Notes under the pieces: generated by a model | What the model saw: the letters and a program-made list of their open reading frames with translations, nothing else | Told to the model about the DNA's origin: nothing | Databases searched by the model: none | Assembly (NCBI GenBank): GCA_017635515.1 | Contig: JAGBLH010000250.1 | Span: 8,122 to 72,121 of the forward strand | DNA: 64,000 nt | Direction of reading: 5' to 3' | Source of the DNA: Selenomonas sp. | GTDB lineage: Bacteria > Bacillota > Negativicutes > Selenomonadales > Selenomonadaceae | Position numbers and translations under genes: made by a program | In this document: positions 10,925 through 20,176 of the stretch, one piece after another | Numbering within the stretch: position 1 is the stretch's first letter | Layout: every line of letters begins with the position of its first letter

Positions 10925-10979
10925 TGTGTTCGTGCACAACTTACGATATAAATATATCACTTCGTATGTTTTATGTCAA
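10925..10979 (-). promoter_or_regulatory. sigma70 promoter of the ara operon with downstream LacI-type operator
   Basis: Minus strand TTGACA-17bp-TATATT; palindrome TGTGTTCGTGCACA at 10925-10938. Confidence 0.65.
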
Positions 10980-11029
10980 TATCATTATTATTGTTCAGCA
11001 ATTTTTTATTTTAGCAACAAAAATGCCCC

Positions 11030-11155
11030 TTGAGCAGGGGCGAGAAAAATGATATAATTTCTTTAGAGAAAAGGTGACCGACGGGTGGTGCTGCCGGACT
11101 CCCCTTTTTCGAAATATGTGAGGAAGTGCCAGTTTTGCGACGTGCCGCTACCTCC
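11030..11155 (+). ncRNA. Putative type I antitoxin antisense RNA with its promoter
   Basis: TTGAGC-17bp-TATAAT (11030-11058) then hairpin GAAAAGG...CCTTTTTC; convergent with and overlapping the 3' UTR of the small toxin ORF. Confidence 0.55.
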
Positions 11156-11224
11156 TTACTTCAAGAGTGTTATGATGAGCGTTGCGATTGCTATCAAAAG
11201 TGACAGCTTTTCGCAAAGACTCAT
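11156..11224 (-). CDS. Putative holin-like type I toxin, 22 aa MSLCEKLSLLIAIATLIITLLK
   Basis: SD AAAGGGGG, single hydrophobic helix, basic C-terminus, convergent antisense promoter. Confidence 0.7.
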   Translation of the reverse strand: MSLCEKLSLLIAIATLIITLLK

Positions 11225-11296
11225 GGCTTCCCCCTTTCCGGGGATTCGCGGCTCCGTCGACCACGTTCATTGTGCCACGGAGCCAAAAGAAAAAGC

Positions 11297-11323
11297 AAGC
11301 CCGCCAAATCGGCGGGCTTTTTT
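11297..11323. terminator. Hairpin terminator downstream of yoeB
   Basis: AAGCCCGCC-AAATC-GGCGGGCTT flanked by A/T runs. Confidence 0.65.
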
Positions 11324-11335
11324 ACATACTATTCA

Positions 11336-11596
11336 TCAATCGTCATAGTGGCCGCGGCAAGCAACTATATAAGTTACTTTGTTTTTCTCATAGTACACAA
11401 TGCGATTCTCATCATCAATCCTTCTGCTCCACAGCCCCTGTAAATTATGTTTCAACGGCTCTGGTTTTCCCAGTCCCTCAAATGGATTTCGTTTGATATC
11501 CTGCAAGAGCATGTTTATACGCTTCAAAGTTTTCTTGTCCTGTATCTGCCAATAAAGGTAATCTTCCCAGGCTCGATCTTCCCACATCATGCCCAT
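11336..11596 (-). CDS. yoeB: Txe/YoeB family toxin
   Basis: AWEDYLYWQ, GLGKPEPLKHNLQGLWSRRIDDENRIVY, C-terminal GHY. Confidence 0.93.
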   Translation of the reverse strand: MGMMWEDRAWEDYLYWQIQDKKTLKRINMLLQDIKRNPFEGLGKPEPLKHNLQGLWSRRIDDENRIVYYEKNKVTYIVACRGHYDD

Positions 11597-11599
11597 TGG

Positions 11600-11872
11600 T
11601 CAATCCACCTCTATCAGCTCATGTTCTTCGAAATGTGCTTTGCCATTCTTTATATCTTGCATTATCCCTTCAAGATAGCGTATGTTGCTCTCAGAATAGA
11701 AACGATCCGTCCCTGCCGAAACCTCGAAAGGTATCCTCCGCTCTCTGCCAACCTTCTTGGCAAAGATGGTAAAAGCAGCGCTCATGGACAGGCCCATGTC
11801 AGCGCACGCCTGCTCCATGCTCTTCTTCACATCATAATCCAGCTTGAAATTAACACTTACAGAGTGTGCCAT
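11600..11872 (-). CDS. RelB/DinJ family antitoxin
   Basis: VNFKLDYDVKK...MGLSMSAAFTIFAKKVGRERRIPFEV...FYSESNIRYL; upstream of yoeB. Confidence 0.9.
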   Translation of the reverse strand: MAHSVSVNFKLDYDVKKSMEQACADMGLSMSAAFTIFAKKVGRERRIPFEVSAGTDRFYSESNIRYLEGIMQDIKNGKAHFEEHELIEVD

Positions 11873-11955
11873 ATTTAACGCCCCGCTTTCATAAAGAAAT
11901 CTTATATAAAGATTATAGCAAAACCATATAATAATGCAACACAAATTTCGCATAT

Positions 11956-11983
11956 AAAAAGAACCCCGCCGAAGCGGGGTTCT
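11956..11983 (-). terminator. Intrinsic terminator of ompM
   Basis: AGAACCCCGC-CGAA-GCGGGGTTCT with a T-run on the minus strand. Confidence 0.75.
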
Positions 11984-12016
11984 CTATTGTTGTTTAGTTG
12001 TTCTCTAATCCAGAGA

Positions 12017-13378
12017 TTAGAAGAGCCACTCAACACGACCGAACAGCTGACGAACCTTCTCGCCGTTGTTGCCACCGATTGCCTTGTTGTTACCGTACTG
12101 GACAGTACCGATGATGTTCTTCATGAAGGTGTAGTTAGCACCGATCTGCCAGCCCTTCAGTCCTTCGTCCACAACATCCCAGGTCTTAGCCGGGGTTGCA
12201 GTGATACCGAGGTGACGGTATGCAATCCACGCGCCCCAAGTGCCCTTGTTGGCAGCCTGAGCACCCTTGTAGTCAAACTCGATAGCCCAAGACTTATCCT
12301 GGTTGCCAGCGAACTTAGAGTTGGTATCATAGTCAAACTTGACATTGCTCTTAGCATAGTAGCCATGCAGAGCGCTGTTCTTGTCGAACTGATAGCCGGC
12401 CTTCAACTGCCAGATGTTGTTCTTCTTGGAACCGTTGTTGCCATCAACGAACTTGCTGCCGTTAGCATAACGGAAGAAACGGAGAGCACCGAAGAAGCCC
12501 TTGTTGCGGTTAGCATTGTAGTCAATACCAGCATAGAACACGCTGTTGCCGTTGTCAGCCAAGCTTACATCAGAACGGTTCGTGTAACCCTCAAAGTGCT
12601 GGACATAGTTGGTATAAACACCACCATCGAAAGCACCACGAGCACGGCCAGCACCGATAGCACCGGAAACCTTGTTCTTGTTGCCAAGGCTCAAATCAGC
12701 ACCGGACATCTCGGTATCGTTGATGCTGTCATTGCCGTACATGCTGAAACGACCAAAACGAACGCTGAAGTTCTTGTAGTCGCCCTGAGCCCAAGCACGC
12801 TTCAGACGAACAGTAACATCCTGAGCCGCATTATTGTTCAACTCGCCGTCTTCCTTCATGTCAATCTTGCCATCGATACGAGCATTCACATGCCAGTGAT
12901 CATTGACCTCAGCGGAGGGCTCGAGACGGAAGACCAGGTCATTAGACTTAGCCTTGTAGTCAGTCCTGCCATCAGCCTTGTAGGTGTCATGGGTGTAAGT
13001 GTACTCCAACTTACCGTTCCACTTAACCATGTCAGCATGCTTCTCGAGGTTAGCAACGCGAACGCCAAGGTTGTTCAGCTCATCAGCAAACTCAGCAGCG
13101 AGCTTGTCGATCATAGCCTTGTCAGCAGCGGAAACGTTGCTCTTTGCCATAGCGCGGGCAACCATCTGAGCCATCTCGTAACGAGTGATGGAACGGTCAC
13201 CACGATAGGTGCTGTCGCCATAACCTTCGATGACACCGTCAGCAGCGAGCTGGCTAACAGCATCATAAGCCCAATGGTCAGCAGGAACATCGGAGAACGG
13301 ATTTGCAGCAGCAAAAGTGGTGCTAGCTGCGCCAACTACCAGAGCGGTAGTCAGAGCGGATACGAGAGTCTTCTTCAT
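12017..13378 (-). CDS. ompM: Major outer-membrane protein OmpM/Mep45 type (SLH domain, coiled coil, porin barrel)
   Basis: Signal peptide; ANPFSDVPADHWAYDAV...ITRYEMAQMVARAM SLH; LAAEFADELNNLGVRV stalk; C-terminal Phe. Confidence 0.9.
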   Translation of the reverse strand: MKKTLVSALTTALVVGAASTTFAAANPFSDVPADHWAYDAVSQLAADGVIEGYGDSTYRGDRSITRYEMAQMVARAMAKSNVSAADKAMIDKLAAEFADELNNLGVRVANLEKHADMVKWNGKLEYTYTHDTYKADGRTDYKAKSNDLVFRLEPSAEVNDHWHVNARIDGKIDMKEDGELNNNAAQDVTVRLKRAWAQGDYKNFSVRFGRFSMYGNDSINDTEMSGADLSLGNKNKVSGAIGAGRARGAFDGGVYTNYVQHFEGYTNRSDVSLADNGNSVFYAGIDYNANRNKGFFGALRFFRYANGSKFVDGNNGSKKNNIWQLKAGYQFDKNSALHGYYAKSNVKFDYDTNSKFAGNQDKSWAIEFDYKGAQAANKGTWGAWIAYRHLGITATPAKTWDVVDEGLKGWQIGANYTFMKNIIGTVQYGNNKAIGGNNGEKVRQLFGRVEWLF

Positions 13379-13618
13379 TGAGAAACTCCTCCTTCTGAAA
13401 AAATAAATTTATACGGCGCCGAGTCCGTAAGAAGGAGTTCATAAGAGTTTCCTTGTTCCCTCTGGTTCACTCCACCTTATTTTCTCGACAGTTCGTATTC
13501 TATCATCTTTATTTCAGATAAGCAACCCCTTTTTTTCAAGAAATCACAAAAAACCATATACGAATCATTTTTTTCATACTTCTGTGGTATTATGAGAAGA
13601 GGTTGCAATGCTCATAAC

Positions 13619-13801
13619 TCAGACTTTTCCTTTCACCATCTTGGCGAACTTGCCCCTGGGCAACAGGATTTCCCTGCCGCACCCCTCGCATTTCAGCCGC
13701 ACATCCGCCCCCAAACGCAGGATTTCCCATATCTTGCTGCCGCAGGGATGGGGCTTTTTCACCTGCACCCTGTCCCCTTCGATGTAAGCAAATTCTTCCA
13801 T
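13619..13801 (-). CDS. DUF951 family small protein
   Basis: VQVKKPHPCGSKIWEILRLGADVRLKCEGCGR. Confidence 0.85.
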   Translation of the reverse strand: MEEFAYIEGDRVQVKKPHPCGSKIWEILRLGADVRLKCEGCGREILLPRGKFAKMVKGKV

Positions 13802-13840
13802 TTTCTAATCTTCCTTTCATTTATCTACGAGGTGATCGAC

Positions 13841-14614
13841 TTGAAAATCTCCCTTTTGCAAATGCACACCATCCTGGGCCAGCCGGAGGAAAACATCGCC
13901 ACATTCCTGCGTATGGCAGAGGCCGCCTTGAAGGAAAAGCCCGATGTGCTGGTCTTGCCCGAAATGTGGAATATCGGCTTTTTCCCCCGTCCCGTGGAAG
14001 ACTATGCCGACCAAGACGGCGAAAAGACCCGCGCCCTGCTGTCTGTCTTCGCACGAAAAAATCAAGTAAATATCGTGGGCGGTTCCGTAGCAAGGCTGGA
14101 CTCTGCCACAAGAAAAATCTACAATACCTGCTACGTCTTTGACCGCACAGGGCAGGAAATCGCCACCTACGACAAGATGCATCTCTTCTCCCCCGGCAAG
14201 GAAGACCAGGTTTTCGAGCGCGGCCAGAACCTCTGCACCTTCACCCTGGACAGCCATAAATGCGGTTTGGCCATCTGCTATGACCTGCGCTTCGGCAACT
14301 TCCTCAGCCAAATCGCCCAAAATATAGAAATCCTTTTCCTCCCCGCCGCCTGGCCCAAACTCAGGCAAAAGCACTGGGATGTGCTGACCCAGGCCAGGGC
14401 CATCGAGTATCAGGTGTTCGTAGCGGCGTGCAACGGAGGGGCAGCGGAAAGCGACAAGCATCCCCTAGGCGGCCATTCCGTTATCTATGACCCGTGGGGG
14501 ACGATGCTGGTCAGGGCTGGCGAAATCGAAAAGATTATTTCGACCCAGCTCGATTTTTCACTTTTGGAAGAAGCTAGGAAAAAAATACCTGTACGGGACG
14601 ATAATATCCTCTAA
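13841..14614 (+). CDS. Carbon-nitrogen hydrolase (nitrilase/omega-amidase family)
   Basis: VLPEMW, YDKMHLF, ICYDLRF catalytic E-K-C; TTG start after GAGGTG. Confidence 0.9.
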   Translation: MKISLLQMHTILGQPEENIATFLRMAEAALKEKPDVLVLPEMWNIGFFPRPVEDYADQDGEKTRALLSVFARKNQVNIVGGSVARLDSATRKIYNTCYVFDRTGQEIATYDKMHLFSPGKEDQVFERGQNLCTFTLDSHKCGLAICYDLRFGNFLSQIAQNIEILFLPAAWPKLRQKHWDVLTQARAIEYQVFVAACNGGAAESDKHPLGGHSVIYDPWGTMLVRAGEIEKIISTQLDFSLLEEARKKIPVRDDNIL

Positions 14615-14725
14615 CTCACGTTGAAACACCTATTTGAAATTTTTGCCCAAGACAAAATTTGAGCAGCTGTGTTATAATACCTTTGCTGCCTCTCCCCCAA
14701 CTTATTGTGAAGGGAGGTGTTAAGC

Positions 14726-14848
14726 ATGACAGAATTCTTCATTTCCACGGCTGCCAGCGTATTAGGCGGCATTATCGCTTACTATGTGTGTAAAGCCCTG
14801 GAAGGCAGCAAGAAGCAGCAACCATCTGGGAGTTCGCGCAAGCCCTAA
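14726..14848 (+). CDS. Putative Fst/Ldr-like type I toxin, 40 aa MTEFFISTAASVLGGIIAYYVCKALEGSKKQQPSGSSRKP
   Basis: TATAAT at 14673, SD AGGGAGGTG, hydrophobic N-terminal helix with SVxGGIIAYYxCK, charged tail, direct repeat of the start region downstream. Confidence 0.72.
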   Translation: MTEFFISTAASVLGGIIAYYVCKALEGSKKQQPSGSSRKP

Positions 14849-14867
14849 TCAAGCCAATACGTGAACC

Positions 14868-14908
14868 GCAAAAAGCCCGCAGGTTAATCACTCCTGCGGG
14901 CTTTTTGT
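14868..14908. terminator. Bidirectional terminator of the type I TA locus
   Basis: AAAAAGCCCGCAGG-N9-CCTGCGGGCTTTTT. Confidence 0.75.
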
Positions 14909-14938
14909 TGCGCTAAGTATGACAGAATTCTTACTGTG
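14868..14938 (-). ncRNA. Putative antitoxin RNA (RNAII-like)
   Basis: Minus-strand promoter TTGATT-18bp-TATAAT with extended TG; the transcript contains the complement of the toxin start region (18/19 nt). Confidence 0.62.
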
Positions 14939-14982
14939 TCTAGATTATACCACTTAACACTCTATGAAATCAAGAAAAATCC

Positions 14983-16089
14983 TCACACATTGAACAGGAA
15001 GTTGGTCACATCCCCATCCTGCATAACGTACTCCTTGCCCTCGGTACGCACCTGGCCCTTTTCGCGGGCGGCAGCTACGGAACCGGCGGCTACAAGGTCA
15101 TCGTAGCCTACAATCTCGGCGCGGATGAAGCCACGCTCAAAGTCCGTGTGAATCTTGCCTGCAGCCTTAGGGGCAGTGGTGCCCTTCGTAATCGTCCAGG
15201 CGCGGCACTCATCCGGGCCGGCGGTCAGGAAGGTCATCAGGCCCAAGAGGTCAAAAGCTCCCTTAATCAGCTTGTCAAGGCCAGATTCCGTGAGGCCCAT
15301 ATCAGCCAAGAACTCCTTGGCCTCGTCCTCGTCCAGTTCCGCAATCTCGCTTTCCACCTTGGCAGAGATAGCCACCACCTCGGAGCCATGCTGGGCGGCG
15401 AAATCACGGACTTTGGCCACATACTGGTTATCCTTGTCAGCCGTAGCCACTTCGTCCTCGGACACATTGGCCACATAGAGCACCGGCTTCAGGGTCAGGA
15501 GATTCATTTCCTTGATGAGGTCAAGTTCCTCGGCATCAAGGCCCATGCTGCGGGCAGGCTTGCCCTCTTCCAGCGTCTCCTTGATGCGGCGCACCAGTTC
15601 ATCCTCCGCCCTGGCTTCCTTGTTGCCGGATTTCGCCAGCTTCGCCAGACGAGAAATGCGCTTCTCCACCACATCCAGGTCAGCCAGGCAAAGCTCGGTC
15701 TGGATGATCTCAATGTCCCGCAGAGGGTCTACGCCGCCCTCCACATGGGTGATGTTGCCGTCCTCGAAGCAGCGCACCACATGGGCCACCGCATCCACCT
15801 GACGGATGTGCTCCAAAAACTTATTGCCCAAGCCCTCGCCCTGGCTGGCGCCTTTCACCAGGCCGGCAATGTCTACAAAGCGGACAGAGGCGGGAGTGGT
15901 CTTCTTGGAGTTATACATCTCATGCAGCACATTCAGTCGCGCATCCGGCACCGCCACCACGCCCACATTGGGCTCGATGGTGCAGAAAGGATAGTTGGCG
16001 GCTTCTGCGCCGGCTTTGGTAATGGCGTTAAACAGCGTGGACTTGCCTACGTTAGGCAGGCCTACGATACCTACTTCTAAATTGCTCAT
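14983..16089 (-). CDS. ychF: Ribosome-binding ATPase YchF
   Basis: [56 protein letters not shown]. Confidence 0.97.
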   Translation of the reverse strand: MSNLEVGIVGLPNVGKSTLFNAITKAGAEAANYPFCTIEPNVGVVAVPDARLNVLHEMYNSKKTTPASVRFVDIAGLVKGASQGEGLGNKFLEHIRQVDAVAHVVRCFEDGNITHVEGGVDPLRDIEIIQTELCLADLDVVEKRISRLAKLAKSGNKEARAEDELVRRIKETLEEGKPARSMGLDAEELDLIKEMNLLTLKPVLYVANVSEDEVATADKDNQYVAKVRDFAAQHGSEVVAISAKVESEIAELDEDEAKEFLADMGLTESGLDKLIKGAFDLLGLMTFLTAGPDECRAWTITKGTTAPKAAGKIHTDFERGFIRAEIVGYDDLVAAGSVAAAREKGQVRTEGKEYVMQDGDVTNFLFNV

Positions 16090-16134
16090 TGAAAAATCAC
16101 CTTATAGTTAGAATTCTAAACGTCTGCCCGAATA

Positions 16135-16770
16135 TTACAGGGTGCCGAAGATGCGGTCACCAGCATCGCCCAGGCCCGGCACGATATAACCGTGGTCGTT
16201 GAGCTTCTCATCCACGGCAGCTACATACACCGGCACATCAGGATGTTCCTTGTTGATGACCTCGATACCCTCGGGGGCAGCCACCAGGCACATCAAGATG
16301 ATGGACTGGGCGCCCTTTTCTTTGATCAGGGAGAGAGCTGCCGAAGCGCTGCCGCCGGTGGCCAGCATGGGGTCAACCACGATGAGGGTACGATCTGCCA
16401 CATCGCTGGGCAGCTTGCAGTAGTATTCTACCGGCTTCAAAGTCTCCGGGTCGCGGTACATGCCCACATGGCCCACACGGGCAGCGGGAATCATGTTCAC
16501 CACGCCATTCAGCATGCCCAAACCTGCGCGCAGGATAGGCACCACGCCTACCTTCTTGCCAGCCAGCACCTTGGACTTGCATTTAGCCACAGGAGTCTCA
16601 ATCTCCACTTCCTTCAAGGGGAAATCACGGGAAATCTCATAGGCCATGAACATGGAGATTTCCTCCAAGAGCTCACGGAAATCCTTGGTGCCCGTGCCCT
16701 TCTGACGCATGAGGGTCAGCTTGTGCTGGATCAGGGGGTGGTCAATGACGTTGACTTTCAGTTCTGACAT
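16135..16770 (-). CDS. upp: Uracil phosphoribosyltransferase
   Basis: [40 protein letters not shown]. Confidence 0.97.
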   Translation of the reverse strand: MSELKVNVIDHPLIQHKLTLMRQKGTGTKDFRELLEEISMFMAYEISRDFPLKEVEIETPVAKCKSKVLAGKKVGVVPILRAGLGMLNGVVNMIPAARVGHVGMYRDPETLKPVEYYCKLPSDVADRTLIVVDPMLATGGSASAALSLIKEKGAQSIILMCLVAAPEGIEVINKEHPDVPVYVAAVDEKLNDHGYIVPGLGDAGDRIFGTL

Positions 16771-16850
16771 GACATTATCTCCTTTATATCAATATGTTTG
16801 CCGAGGTTATATCTAACTTATAATATCACGAAAGGACAGCTGACACAACA

Positions 16851-16964
16851 GAAAAAGAGCCGCCCCCGTAGGAACGGCTCTCCCCTTGTCCATCATGCGG
16901 ACTTCGCGGCGTCGCAGGGGACCAACCCGCAACGCCAAATGCCAAGATGAACCTTATCAACCCT
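16851..16964 (-). ncRNA. Candidate free-standing small RNA (~110 nt)
   Basis: Extended -10 TGcTACAAT at 16971-16979, nested hairpin, terminator GAGCCGTTCC-TACG-GGGGCGGCTC-TTTTT; upp has a separate promoter downstream. Confidence 0.55.
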
Positions 16965-16996
16965 AGCTTCATTGTAGCACAAAATATATAAAAATG

Positions 16997-18088
16997 CTAC
17001 CCCTCCAGCAGTTCCAACGCCAGTTCCGCATTCCGCGCTGCCTTTTCTCTCAGCTCGGACAGCAGTTGGGCATTGCGCTTCTTGAAGGTAGCCTTGTCAT
17101 TCCACTTCTTGCGGATTTCTGCCAGCAGTTCCTCTGCCGTGAGACTTTCCAAGTCCCCTACCGGCTCCTCGCCGATGGAAGACAGGAACCTGTCTATCTT
17201 CGGGTCGTAGGAAATGCCTATCATGGGCACGCCCATGACCCCGGCGAAGATGAGCGCATGGAGACGGATGGCCAGCATCAAGTCCATATTGCCTACCAGG
17301 GACAGGAACTCGCTGGTGGTGTACTCGTCCTCCAAGACAGTGCAGGGCTCCTTCGTCAGTTCGGCAATGCTCTGAGCCGCCCGCACATCCTCCGGGAACT
17401 GCATGGGCAGGAAGACCACCCTGGCCCCCAAATCCCTGACAATGGCATCGCTGGCTTTCGCCAGTTCCTCCTTGAAGTGATGGCAGCCCTGCCAGTCGCG
17501 GACGGAGATGCCCACCAAAGGGCTGGCGCCTTCGGCATGGTATCTCTTGAAGATAGCCCTGCCCGCTTCCTTGCCCACAGGGTGGATAGCCAGCACCGGG
17601 TCAGCGGTACACTCGATATGGGGCCGGGTGATGCCAAGGCTTTTAAGTTCTGCCAGCGAACCCTGGTCGCGCACTGTAATCAGGTCAACCCGATTGGCGA
17701 TATGCCCCATGACCCGGCGGGCCAGCCCCCCCTGAATGGGGCCGATGCCCTGGGCGTAGAGCATGACCTTGGTGCCCAGCAGTTCCGCCATCTTGATGAT
17801 GGCTAGATAGTAGTAAAGGCTCCTGCGGCTGGTGACGTTCTGCAAGAGGCTGCCGCCGCCGCTAATGAGAAGGTCTGCCTTTTTCAGAGCCTTGCAGATG
17901 GCAGACATGTCCAGCCAGGAAATGGCCTCTACGCCGTGACGCTTCGCAGTATCCTGGGGGGCAGCCGAAATGACGGTGATATGAAGTTCGGGTTCCAGGT
18001 CACCTAGCACTTCCAGCATGGCCGCCAGCATGGCTTCATCGCCGGCGTTCTTCGAGCCATAGTATCCTGAGATGACAATCCTGCTCAT
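16997..18088 (-). CDS. csaB: Polysaccharide pyruvyl transferase CsaB
   Basis: SGYYGSKNAGDEA, GGGSLLQNVTS, AQGIGP, VRD, RLHALI, SYDPK. Confidence 0.92.
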   Translation of the reverse strand: MSRIVISGYYGSKNAGDEAMLAAMLEVLGDLEPELHITVISAAPQDTAKRHGVEAISWLDMSAICKALKKADLLISGGGSLLQNVTSRRSLYYYLAIIKMAELLGTKVMLYAQGIGPIQGGLARRVMGHIANRVDLITVRDQGSLAELKSLGITRPHIECTADPVLAIHPVGKEAGRAIFKRYHAEGASPLVGISVRDWQGCHHFKEELAKASDAIVRDLGARVVFLPMQFPEDVRAAQSIAELTKEPCTVLEDEYTTSEFLSLVGNMDLMLAIRLHALIFAGVMGVPMIGISYDPKIDRFLSSIGEEPVGDLESLTAEELLAEIRKKWNDKATFKKRNAQLLSELREKAARNAELALELLEG

Positions 18089-20160
18089 CAGTCTTTCTTG
18101 CTCCCCTCCTGATTAGCGTTTGCGGCACGGGCCATAAGGGCCTGCCAGATTTCTACCAAGACCATGGCGACAGCGCCAACGCCTGCCCCCCATACGATGC
18201 CCCCAATCCCGCGCACGAAGGACATAAAAACAGGCGTGCGCATGTGGGCAAAGGTCTCCACCATGGAGCCCTGGCCGATGGCGGCCACCAGCACCAGGCA
18301 AAACAAGACCATGGTGGGCCATTTCCTGAAGAAGGCCATAGCCGCCAGCATAAAGGCCGGATGGCCTATCATGAGTTCCTTGGTGCGGGGACGGGCATAG
18401 AGGGCCTGCTCCAAAAAGGCGCGGAACTTCAGCTCCAGCCCGGACACAGGCATGCCCGAAGTGTGGCCGCTGCGTGCCACGAAGACGATGCCTGCCACCA
18501 GCACAAAGAACAGCCCCACCAAGGTCTTGATTTTCACGGGCATATCCAGAATCTTCTTCAGCTGGGCCATGACTCCATCGCAATCATCCATCTTTCCATC
18601 GAAGATATCGAAGCGCTGCATGAAGGCAATGGCTACCAGTATGATGGGCATGACAAAGGTCAGCTTGATGCCCCGGAAGATGTTGAACTCAAGGAAATAC
18701 TCCGTATCAGCCAGTGAGCCGGACAGGTAAGCCGCCCCGATATAGGAACAGGCTCCCGTAAGCCAGAGAGCTGCTGCCGCCGTCACCATCATGCGGGGCA
18801 GGGAGATTTTCTCCGGCAGCTTACGTCCCCGCACAAAGTCCAGCAGATATATGAGGGCCAAAGACGGGAACAGGTTGGCGCTGGCCAGAGCCGCGACCAC
18901 GCGAATCTTGGAGCCGTTGCCCATCAGCACCGGCACAGCCGCAGCCAGGGCAAAGACGGCAAAGAGAATATACTGCAGTTTCTTGCGCCTGTTCAGGGCA
19001 GGAACCACCAGCGACAGGTAAAGCACACCTGCGGCGGCCACACCAGCCATGACCAGCGCACGAAGAAGCTTGCTTGGATAGTAAGCGGCAAAGGTGCCCG
19101 CCTTGTCGATTTCATAGCCCTGCGCCGTGAGCTTGTCATGGACAGCCTTGAAATACTCCATGTTGGTTGCCAGGAGAGTCTTGTCCGGGGCAGGCTTCTC
19201 GTAGATGCGCAACAGGTCAATGCGGATATTGCGCTCCTCGTCCGTGTTGCTCCACCGCTCCACGGCAGCATCAATCTTGAGCTTGGGCAGCTCGTCCTTG
19301 CCGATGGAGTAAAGGCGTGCCACATGGTCATAGCCCAGGCCTGCGGCAATTTCCTTCATGCCATCCTGGGGATAGAACTGTAGCTGGGTGACGCCCTCGA
19401 TAAGGCCAAGATTGATGTTCCTGGCCTTCATCTGGTCGATGGTGGCCTGCAGGGCTTTGTTGGCTCCCAGGCACTGAGGCCCGCTGTAGACGATTTCGGA
19501 AACGTCAATGCCTTCAAGACGCTTGAAGACTGCCGCCACATCGTCAGGTGTGCAGTTCTCATAGTTGCTGGGACGAGCTAGTACATGGAAACCGGCGGCG
19601 TTCACGGCTTTCATCTCGTCCGTGGGCATGCCGAGATTCATTTTCTCGAAGGCTTCATAGTAAGCCTTGACCGCCAGCACTTCCTCCGCGCCCACCTGCA
19701 GGACCTTCACCCGGTCAGCGCCAAGGCGGCGGAAGATATCTTCCTTTACCTCCTTGTAAGTCTGCGGGTCATGTCCCACCACATAGACCTCCGTGCCAAT
19801 GACCTGCCCGCTCTCGCAGAGAGCGCGCCAGGCAGGGTCAGCCAGGGAACCGCTGTGATAGCGGCTCAGGATCTCGCTGCCCTTGGTGGCCGTGGTCTTG
19901 CCGTTGACATTGAGCTTCTTGAAAGTAGTCTCATAAACTGCCAAGCTGGAAATCCCCGCCTCCCTGGCTTCCCTCAGCACCTGCTCGGGAGGCAGTCCTT
20001 CGCGCTCCGAGAGCTCCAGCAAGCCCTCGTAGTCTATGGCGAGGTCCACCTGCCGGCTGGCCTGCTCCACCTGATGTCGCTGGACACCGATGACAAGCGC
20101 CGCTATCAGCCCCAGGACAATGACTCCCAGCAGCAGCTTATTGTACTTCCAAACCTTCAT
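18088..20160 (-). CDS. Large membrane protein (DUF5693-like), translationally coupled to csaB
   Basis: N-terminal anchor, soluble domain, multi-TM C-terminus with FRGIK, RPRTKELMIGHP, TFAHMRTP. Confidence 0.72.
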   Translation of the reverse strand: MKVWKYNKLLLGVIVLGLIAALVIGVQRHQVEQASRQVDLAIDYEGLLELSEREGLPPEQVLREAREAGISSLAVYETTFKKLNVNGKTTATKGSEILSRYHSGSLADPAWRALCESGQVIGTEVYVVGHDPQTYKEVKEDIFRRLGADRVKVLQVGAEEVLAVKAYYEAFEKMNLGMPTDEMKAVNAAGFHVLARPSNYENCTPDDVAAVFKRLEGIDVSEIVYSGPQCLGANKALQATIDQMKARNINLGLIEGVTQLQFYPQDGMKEIAAGLGYDHVARLYSIGKDELPKLKIDAAVERWSNTDEERNIRIDLLRIYEKPAPDKTLLATNMEYFKAVHDKLTAQGYEIDKAGTFAAYYPSKLLRALVMAGVAAAGVLYLSLVVPALNRRKKLQYILFAVFALAAAVPVLMGNGSKIRVVAALASANLFPSLALIYLLDFVRGRKLPEKISLPRMMVTAAAALWLTGACSYIGAAYLSGSLADTEYFLEFNIFRGIKLTFVMPIILVAIAFMQRFDIFDGKMDDCDGVMAQLKKILDMPVKIKTLVGLFFVLVAGIVFVARSGHTSGMPVSGLELKFRAFLEQALYARPRTKELMIGHPAFMLAAMAFFRKWPTMVLFCLVLVAAIGQGSMVETFAHMRTPVFMSFVRGIGGIVWGAGVGAVAMVLVEIWQALMARAANANQEGSKKD

Positions 20161-20176
20161 GCTTTATCCACCTTCA

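Noticed and set aside
16780-16980. PyrR attenuator upstream of upp
   Set aside because: No AGTCCAGAGAGGCT-like site, and upp has its own promoter after the terminator
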